A DNA stretch of 64,000 bases from Dehalococcoidia bacterium. Its GTDB lineage: Bacteria; Chloroflexota; Dehalococcoidia; Lucifugimonadales; UBA3495. The translations under genes and the position numbers were made by a program. The notes beneath the pieces were generated by a model. The model worked only from the letters and a program-made list of their open reading frames with translations. It was not told the DNA's origin and did not search any database. This document shows, in pieces, positions 57,524 to 64,000 of the stretch. The number at the start of each line of letters is the position of its first letter. The stretch's first letter is position 1. The DNA lies in the NCBI GenBank assembly GCA_965204905.1, contig OZ242042.1:4012891-4076890 (forward strand), given 5' to 3'.

Positions 57524-57702
57524 GTTGGTAACTCCTTCGCAGTATTCCATTCGCCATAGTTATTCAATAACGATTTTCACCCTCACCCTAGCCCTCTCCC
57601 ATCGAGGGAGAGGGGATTTTCGGTTGTTCAATAACGACTTTCGCCCTCACCCTAACCCATTGGGGGAGAGGGGATTTGTTGAGAGTCGCGCGACTGTCTC
57701 GA

Positions 57703-59382
57703 TTATTCCACGGATACCAGGTAGGGGTAGTGGGGCTGGCCGCCGGCGTACACGTCAACTTCGGCGCCCCGATAGGAGGTTTCCAGGGCTTCCGACAAAC
57801 GGGCGGCCCGTTCCTCGTCGGCGCCTTCGCCCCAATAGAGGGTGATGATGCTGTCTTCGTCGATGGATGAATGGGCGATGCCGTCGATGACCGCGCTTTC
57901 GGGGTCCGGCGTGAGCGCGACGAGGCTGCCGTCGAGGATGGCCATGAACTGGCCCTCGTTGACCGACTGACCATCAACGGTTGAATCGCGGACCGCCTGG
58001 GTTATTTCCAGGGTTTCGATGGATGCGCTGGCCAAGTCCATGCTGTTGAGATTGTCGGTGACCGACACCTCCGGGTTGAAACCGAGCATGGCGGCGGTGC
58101 CCTGGGGCATTGAGCGGGTATTGACCACGTGCAGGTTGACGCCATCGGTGTCGGCGTCGGCGGCCTGGCCGGCGGTGAGGATCACGTTGGAGTTGTTGGG
58201 CAGGACGATGACGTCGGTGGTGCCGGTGGACAGAACGGCGTCGATGATTTCGCTGGCGCTGGGGTTGAGGGTCTGGCCGCCGGGCACGATGGCGGCGCAG
58301 CCGGCGTCCTGGAACAGTGCGGCAATGCCCGGGCCGGAGGCGACGGCGACTACCGACACGCCGGGCCGGATTTCGGTGGGCCGGGCGCGTTCGCGGTGTC
58401 CGGTGGTCCAGTCCCGGTTCTGGAGGCTCATGTTGTCGATCTTGACTTCGTCAATGTCGCCGTGGGCGACGCCGAAGGTCAGGGCCGCGCCGGGGTCCTC
58501 GGTATGGACGTGGACGCGGACGGCGGAACCGCCGCCGATGATGACGGTGGAATCGGCGATGGCGTCCAGGCCGGCGCGGAGGACGTCAACCTTGAGGTCC
58601 TGCCCGTGGATTACGAACTGGGTGCAGTAGCCGAATTCCTCTTCTTCGTGGGCTTCCAGAAAATCGGTGTCGATGGAGACGGAGGCGGTTTGCGTGGGGT
58701 CGATGAGACCACCGACGCTGCGCAAGCCGAGGTCGGTGGGCGGCCCGGTTTCGCCCAGCAGATGTTGCAGCGCGCCGCCGATGATGGCGACGACGCCCAG
58801 GCCGCCGGAATCGACGACGCCGGCCTCCTTGAGCACGGGCAACTGTTCAGGCGTCAGGGCCAGCGCCTCGATTGCGCCGTCGTAGGCAATCTGCCACAGG
58901 GCGATAACGTCGCGTTCGCCGGCGTCGTTGGCGCGAACCGAGGCGTCGGACGCGCCGCGGATGACGGACAGCATGGTGCCCTCGCGGGGCTGGCTGACCG
59001 CGCCGTAGGCGGAATCGGTGGCGGAGCGGAAAGCGGCCACGGCGTCTGAGGTCTCGATGATCTCGGAGCCGGCCACGCCGTCGGCAAAGCCGCGCAGCAG
59101 CTGGGACAGGATGACGCCGCTGTTGCCCCGCGCGCCCCAGAACGCGCCGGTGGCGATGGACTCGGCGACTTCCCAGGCGGCGGACTTGTCGGCATCCTTG
59201 TTCATCTGCTCGATGCCGGCGCGGAGGGTGAGGAGCATGTTGGTGCCGGTGTCGCCGTCGGGCACGGGGAATACGTTGAGGGCGTTGGCGGCGTCGCGGT
59301 AGAGTTCCATATACGCGGCTGCGCCGAGCATGGCCTGCCGCAGGTCGGAACCGTAGAGAACGGTGGTGCTGGTGGTAGTCAT
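57703..59382 (-). CDS. DAK2-domain fatty acid kinase FakA/YloV
   Basis: LNVFPVPDGDTGTNM, GARGNSGVILSQ, GVVDSGG, GYCTQF, VHVHT, GGQPHYPYL. Confidence 0.93.
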   Translation of the reverse strand: MTTTSTTVLYGSDLRQAMLGAAAYMELYRDAANALNVFPVPDGDTGTNMLLTLRAGIEQMNKDADKSAAWEVAESIATGAFWGARGNSGVILSQLLRGFADGVAGSEIIETSDAVAAFRSATDSAYGAVSQPREGTMLSVIRGASDASVRANDAGERDVIALWQIAYDGAIEALALTPEQLPVLKEAGVVDSGGLGVVAIIGGALQHLLGETGPPTDLGLRSVGGLIDPTQTASVSIDTDFLEAHEEEEFGYCTQFVIHGQDLKVDVLRAGLDAIADSTVIIGGGSAVRVHVHTEDPGAALTFGVAHGDIDEVKIDNMSLQNRDWTTGHRERARPTEIRPGVSVVAVASGPGIAALFQDAGCAAIVPGGQTLNPSASEIIDAVLSTGTTDVIVLPNNSNVILTAGQAADADTDGVNLHVVNTRSMPQGTAAMLGFNPEVSVTDNLNSMDLASASIETLEITQAVRDSTVDGQSVNEGQFMAILDGSLVALTPDPESAVIDGIAHSSIDEDSIITLYWGEGADEERAARLSEALETSYRGAEVDVYAGGQPHYPYLVSVE

Positions 59383-59549
59383 TATGAGCCTGGTGATGTC
59401 AGGATGGGCAGAGTATAGCACGGGGGTTTTCTTGCATGGATGGACAGGATGAACAGGATTTTCCGATTGGCGGGTGATGTTGGGTAAGGGGAGCCGATTT
59501 CGGGTATCATATCGCCAGGATGACGAATAGAGAACGAATAAAGTTCAAA

Positions 59550-60644
59550 ATGTCAACAGAACCTAGACAAAACGGAGAGGACGCGGCACGCGAGCCGGGT
59601 GATGAGGTTGAGCGCCCGGTGTCGCCGGACGCGCGGGGGGAGGAGAGGGAGCAGGAAACGCGGTTGCGGCCGGCGCGGTTGGGCGATTTTGTGGGCCAAC
59701 CGCAGGTGAAGGAAAACCTGAGCATCGCCATGCAGGCGGCGCGGATGCGCGAGGAACCGCTGGATCACGTGGTGATCTACGGGCCGCCGGGGTTGGGCAA
59801 GACGACGCTGGCCAACATCATCGCCAACGAGATGGGGACGACGATCAAGGTTACGGCGGGGCCGGCCATCGAGCGGGCCAGCGACGTAGCGTCCATCCTG
59901 ACGGGGTTGCAGCCCAACGACGTGCTGTTCATCGACGAGATTCACCGGCTGAACCGGGCGGTGGAAGAGGTGATGTACTCGGCGATGGAGGACTTTTTCC
60001 TGTCGTGGGTGGTGGGCAAGGGACTGTCGGCGCGGAGCATCAACCTGCGCATCAACCCGTTCACGCTGGTGGGGGCGACGACGCGGTACTCGCTGGTGAG
60101 CGCACCGCTGCGGGACCGGTTCGGCTCGGTGTTCCGGCTGGACTACTACTCCGACGAGGATATGGCGACGGTGGTGCAGCGGTCGGCGCGGATCCTGGGG
60201 ATCGAGGCGGACGACGAGGGGATTGGCGAGGTGGCGATGCGATCGAGGGGCACGCCGCGGATCGCCAACCGGCTGTTGCGGCGGGCGCGGGACTACGCGC
60301 TGGTGAAGGCGGACAACCGGATCTCCGGGCCGGTGGCGCGGGAATCGCTGGACCGGCTGGGAGTGGATGCGCGGGGGCTGGACGAAACGGACCACCGGCT
60401 GCTGACCAGCATCATCCACAAGTTCAACGGCGGGCCGGTGGGTCTGGACACGCTGGCCGCGTCCATGAGCGAGGACGCCAGCACGGTGATGGAGGTGCTG
60501 GAGCCGTTCCTACTTCAACAGGGGTTCCTGGAGCGCACGCCGAGGGGTCGGATGGCGACGCGGCTGGCCTACGAGTACATGGGCTGGCCGTGGGGTGGCG
60601 GGGATGACGGCGGGCGGCAGGCGCAGTTGTTTGGGGGCGGTTAG
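59550..60644 (+). CDS. ruvB: Holliday junction branch migration helicase RuvB (start 59520 or 59550)
   Basis: [47 protein letters not shown]. Confidence 0.96.
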   Translation: MSTEPRQNGEDAAREPGDEVERPVSPDARGEEREQETRLRPARLGDFVGQPQVKENLSIAMQAARMREEPLDHVVIYGPPGLGKTTLANIIANEMGTTIKVTAGPAIERASDVASILTGLQPNDVLFIDEIHRLNRAVEEVMYSAMEDFFLSWVVGKGLSARSINLRINPFTLVGATTRYSLVSAPLRDRFGSVFRLDYYSDEDMATVVQRSARILGIEADDEGIGEVAMRSRGTPRIANRLLRRARDYALVKADNRISGPVARESLDRLGVDARGLDETDHRLLTSIIHKFNGGPVGLDTLAASMSEDASTVMEVLEPFLLQQGFLERTPRGRMATRLAYEYMGWPWGGGDDGGRQAQLFGGG

Positions 60645-60666
60645 AGCAGTTTGCGTGGATGGGCAG

Positions 60667-61065
60667 TTACGGGTCACGCGGGGCGGCCAGGAACTCGGCG
60701 TCGTTGATGTAGGCTGCGGTTTCCCGGATGCGTCGCTCGGTTTCCTGGTTGCACCGCCCGTCGTAGAAGCAGGCGCCGTGCAACTGACTGTGGCGGCTGT
60801 AGTACCGGCCCTGGAGTGATCGGGTGGCGGGCCGCTGGCTGGCCAGATTGTCCAGGCCGTCCGACGTTGCGGCGGCGGTTTCCGGTTCCGCTTCGGTCAG
60901 CGTGAGGATGAGGGCGTCGGTGGCTCTTTTGGTGGCGCACCACGCTTTCTCGGCGGCGTCGCGGATGTCGCCGGCTTCTAGGCGTTCAATGGCTTGGGCT
61001 TGCATTTGTCGCGCGTCCGCAAAAAGCAGGGCGACGCGGTCGCGGATGGGAGCGGTTGTAGTCAA
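60667..61065 (-). CDS. PaREP1/HEPN-like protein
   Basis: GDIRDAAEKAWCA...LHGACFYDG. Confidence 0.7.
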   Translation of the reverse strand: MTTTAPIRDRVALLFADARQMQAQAIERLEAGDIRDAAEKAWCATKRATDALILTLTEAEPETAAATSDGLDNLASQRPATRSLQGRYYSRHSQLHGACFYDGRCNQETERRIRETAAYINDAEFLAAPRDP

Positions 61066-61271
61066 GGAAATCTCCGGGAGGGCTTGGAGGATATGTTACC
61101 AGTATCTCGCAATCTGTAAACGGGGATGCTGTCCTTGCCATTTTCGAGGAAACCTGCATTAACGGCACGATAGTTGACATAACAAATCAGTCTGCGACAG
61201 ATCAGCGATGCTGCAACTGAATGTTATTTGACATAACGAACAATAAATGAATGGACGTTCGGCTGGGTGCC

Positions 61272-61300
61272 TTGAATGTTATGGGGCGCCTGCTTACAAT
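61272..61300 (+). promoter_or_regulatory. Sigma70-type promoter for cofGHD
   Basis: TTGAAT (61272-61277), 17 bp, TACAAT (61295-61300), 37 bp before the cofG start. Confidence 0.55.
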
Positions 61301-61337
61301 GGCTTGAGTTTTTGATTTCCCGCCAGGAACCGCCAAC

Positions 61338-62558
61338 GTGACCTCCGTACTTTCCACTTCTGCCGTCAGCCGACGATTGCCGTCGCTTGAGCGCCCGCTG
61401 AGCGGCGCCGAGCTATCCGGCCATGATGCGATGCGACTGGTGGATGTTGATGGCGACGGGATGGACGAGCTTTGCGGCGTGGCTTCGGAGTTGAGGGATC
61501 GAGGACGGGGCAGGGTCATTACGTTTTCGCCCAAGGTGTTCATACCGCTGACTCGCCTGTGCCGGGACTTCTGCGGGTACTGCACCTTCCGGCAGTCGCC
61601 CGACGAGGCGGATGAGCTGTTCCTTTCGGGCGACGCTGTGATGTCGGTAGCACAGGCCGGCGAGCGGCTGGGTTGCACGGAGGCGCTGTTCACGCTGGGC
61701 GAGCGGCCAGAGCAGCGGTATGCCGAGGCCGGCCAGTGGCTGGACGCCAACGGATACCGCACGACGCTGGCGTACCTGTCCGAAATGTGCCGGCGGGTGT
61801 TCGAGGAAACGGATCTGCTGCCCCACGGGAATCCGGGAACCATGAGCCGCCGGGAGCTGGAGGCGTTGCAGCCCACCAATCCGTCGGTGGGAATCATGCT
61901 GGAAAGCTCCAGCCCGCGACTTTACGAATCCGGCGGGCCACACGAGTTCGCGCCGAGCAAGCGGCCGCGGGTGCGGCTGCGTACCATGGAACTGGCCGGC
62001 GAGTTGGGGATACCGTTCACCACGGGAATCCTGATCGGCATCGGGGAGACGCGGACGGAGCGGGTGGAGTCGCTGCTGGCGATACGGGATTTGCACCGCC
62101 GGTTCGGGCACATCCAGGAAGTGATCGTACAGAATTTTCGGGCCAAGTCGGACACGCCGATGGCGGATGCGCCGGACGCATCCGGCGACGAACTGATGTG
62201 GACGACGGCGGTAGCGCGGCTGATCCTGGGCGAGCGGGTGAACATACAGGTGCCGCCCAACCTGAGCGAAGACTACGAACGGTACATCCACGCCGGCATC
62301 AACGACTGGGGCGGCGTGTCGCCGTTGACGATTGACTACGTGAACCCGGAGGCGCCGTGGCCGCAGTTGGCGGAATTACAGCGGCGCACCGAAGCCGCCG
62401 GATACGAACTGCGGCCACGGCTGCCGGTTTATCCCGAGTATTTTGCCAACGGGTCGGACTGGCCGCTGCCGCCGACGCTGAAAGAGAAACTGCTCCGCCT
62501 GACTGACCAGGACGGATACGTGAAAGGGGGAATGCAACGCTATGCCCGGAATGACTGA
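61338..62558 (+). CDS. cofG: FO synthase subunit CofG (radical SAM)
   Basis: FIPLTRLCRDFCGYCTF, EALFTLGERP, PFTTGILIGIGE, QVPPNL, DWGGVSP. Confidence 0.93.
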   Translation: MTSVLSTSAVSRRLPSLERPLSGAELSGHDAMRLVDVDGDGMDELCGVASELRDRGRGRVITFSPKVFIPLTRLCRDFCGYCTFRQSPDEADELFLSGDAVMSVAQAGERLGCTEALFTLGERPEQRYAEAGQWLDANGYRTTLAYLSEMCRRVFEETDLLPHGNPGTMSRRELEALQPTNPSVGIMLESSSPRLYESGGPHEFAPSKRPRVRLRTMELAGELGIPFTTGILIGIGETRTERVESLLAIRDLHRRFGHIQEVIVQNFRAKSDTPMADAPDASGDELMWTTAVARLILGERVNIQVPPNLSEDYERYIHAGINDWGGVSPLTIDYVNPEAPWPQLAELQRRTEAAGYELRPRLPVYPEYFANGSDWPLPPTLKEKLLRLTDQDGYVKGGMQRYARND

Positions 62559-63876
62559 TAAGGATATGCCTGGCCGGGACGCGCCGGCGACCCTGGCCGC
62601 GCTGATGGCCGGAGTGCGGTCGGATGTTGCCGACGTATTGAACCGGGCGTTGGCCGGCGACGACATCACGGTGGATGACGGCAACCTGCTGTTTGAAACG
62701 GCGGGGACCGAATTCATGGCGATGACCATGGTGGCCGACGAGTTGCGCCGGCGGGCGGTTGGCGACCTGGTGACCTACGTGGTGAACCGGAACGTCAACT
62801 TCACCAACGTGTGCATCAAGCGGTGCGGCTTTTGCGCGTTCAGCCGGGACTTCCGGGAAGAGGAAGGCTACTTCCTGCCGGTTAGCGAGATCATCCGGCG
62901 GGCGAAGGAAGCCCAGGACTACGGCGCAACCGAAGTCTGCATCCAGGCCGGGTTGCCGCCGCAGATGGAGGGCGATCTGTACATCCGGCTGTGCGAGGCG
63001 ATCAAGGAAGAGTTGCCCGACATGCACATTCACGGCTTTTCGCCGGAGGAGGTGTTGTACGGCTCGATACGTTCCCGGTGCAGCATCCGCGAATACCTGC
63101 AAGGATTGAAGGACGCCGGCGTGGGCAGCTTGCCGGGAACGTCGGCGGAGGTGCTGGACCAGGAACTGCGCGACATCATTTCGCCGGGCCGCATCACCGT
63201 TGACCAATGGATTGAAGTTATCACCAACGCGCACGACCTGGGCATCCCGACGACATCCACCGTGATGTTCGGGCACCGGGAAACCAACGCGCAGATCGTG
63301 CGGCACATCGCGCTGCTACGGGACATTCAGCAGAGCACGGGCGGGTTCACCGAGTTCGTGCCGCTGAGTTTCGTGGCGTCGGAAGCGCCGATGTACTTCA
63401 AGCAGACGGTGGAGGGCGTGCGCTCGGGGCCGACGGGGATGGACGTAATCAAGGTACACGCCATCGCCCGGATTATGCTGAACAACTGGATTCCCAACAT
63501 CCAGGCGTCGTGGGTGAAAGAAGGCAGCCGAATGTCGCAGCTGCTGCTGACGGCCGGCGTCAACGACCTGGGCGGCACGCTGATCAACGAAAGCATCTCC
63601 ACGTCGGCCGGGGCGATGCACGGGCAGCTGATGCGTCCGGGCGAGTTCCGGGGAATGATCCGCGAGGCGGGCCGGACGCCGGCCGAGCGTTACACTACCT
63701 ACGGGCTGCGCCGGATCTACGGCGATACGGACGAAGTGTTGGATCCCCTGGACATGGTGGGTGACAACGTGGAGGAGATTTTCGGGTCGTACAACCAGTT
63801 GGTGCAGATGGAGGGCTACCGCTTTGAGCATCCCCGGCACGAGCGGGAACGGGCTGCGGCCAATCCCTCGAGCTAG
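62542..63876 (+). CDS. cofH: FO synthase subunit CofH (radical SAM)
   Basis: VNRNVNFTNVCIKRCGFCAF, PGTSAEVL, FTEFVPL, IQASWVK, DLGGTLINESIS. Confidence 0.93.
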   Translation: MPGMTDKDMPGRDAPATLAALMAGVRSDVADVLNRALAGDDITVDDGNLLFETAGTEFMAMTMVADELRRRAVGDLVTYVVNRNVNFTNVCIKRCGFCAFSRDFREEEGYFLPVSEIIRRAKEAQDYGATEVCIQAGLPPQMEGDLYIRLCEAIKEELPDMHIHGFSPEEVLYGSIRSRCSIREYLQGLKDAGVGSLPGTSAEVLDQELRDIISPGRITVDQWIEVITNAHDLGIPTTSTVMFGHRETNAQIVRHIALLRDIQQSTGGFTEFVPLSFVASEAPMYFKQTVEGVRSGPTGMDVIKVHAIARIMLNNWIPNIQASWVKEGSRMSQLLLTAGVNDLGGTLINESISTSAGAMHGQLMRPGEFRGMIREAGRTPAERYTTYGLRRIYGDTDEVLDPLDMVGDNVEEIFGSYNQLVQMEGYRFEHPRHERERAAANPSS

Positions 63877-63879
63877 CCC

Positions 63880-64000
63880 ATGAGCGCATCGGGGGGCAAC
63901 AAGGTGCTGGCGCTGGCCGGCGGCGTTGGCGGAGCCAAGCTGGCGCTGGGTCTGGCCAGGGTATTGCCGCCGGAGCGGTTGACCATCGTGGTCAATACCG
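63880..64000 (+). CDS. cofD: 2-phospho-L-lactate transferase CofD (5' partial)
   Basis: MSASGGNKVLALAGGVGGAKLALGLARVLPPERLTIVVNT; directly follows cofH. Confidence 0.88.
   Translation, partial: MSASGGNKVLALAGGVGGAKLALGLARVLPPERLTIVVNT

Noticed and set aside
59550-60644. ruvB without adjacent ruvA/ruvC as an anomaly
   Set aside because: Unlinked ruv genes are common, and absence cannot be judged from one window.
1-64000. CRISPR array, integron cassette array or diversity-generating retroelement
   Set aside because: The repeats are dispersed, not regularly spaced with unique spacers; no cas, integrase, reverse transcriptase or template/variable repeat pair was recognised.
1-64000. tRNA-Sec or selA/selB/selD genes
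   Set aside because: None recognised in this window; they would have to be elsewhere in the genome.

Overview
GC-rich bacterial chromosomal segment. The gene content (several luciferase-like monooxygenases, enoyl-CoA hydratases, SDRs, F420 biosynthesis cofG/cofH/cofD, FN3-domain and Pro/Thr-rich surface proteins) suggests SAR202/Dehalococcoidia-like Chloroflexota, possibly host- or sponge-associated; this is inference. Main blocks: catabolic oxidoreductase and hydrolase genes (0.9-19 kb); a toxin-antitoxin-flanked gene that reads as a 573-aa UGSC-type selenoprotein with an in-frame UGA and an adjacent SECIS-like hairpin (21874-23595), which the ORF track splits in two; peptide ABC ATPases; an alternative complex III-like operon with system I cytochrome c maturation genes (30.5-45.5 kb); three tandem cupins; a split D-glutamate cyclase pair; a GlnR-like regulator; recG-degV-DAK2; ruvB; cofGHD. 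Five Uma2-family nuclease genes and other solo accessory genes are scattered between core genes. At least five families of short, mostly palindromic repeats occur, every unpaired copy I found faces the same strand, and some are translated in-frame inside RecG and CcmH. No rRNA, tRNA, CRISPR array, integrase or transposase was recognised. All calls come from reading motifs by eye, with no database search.
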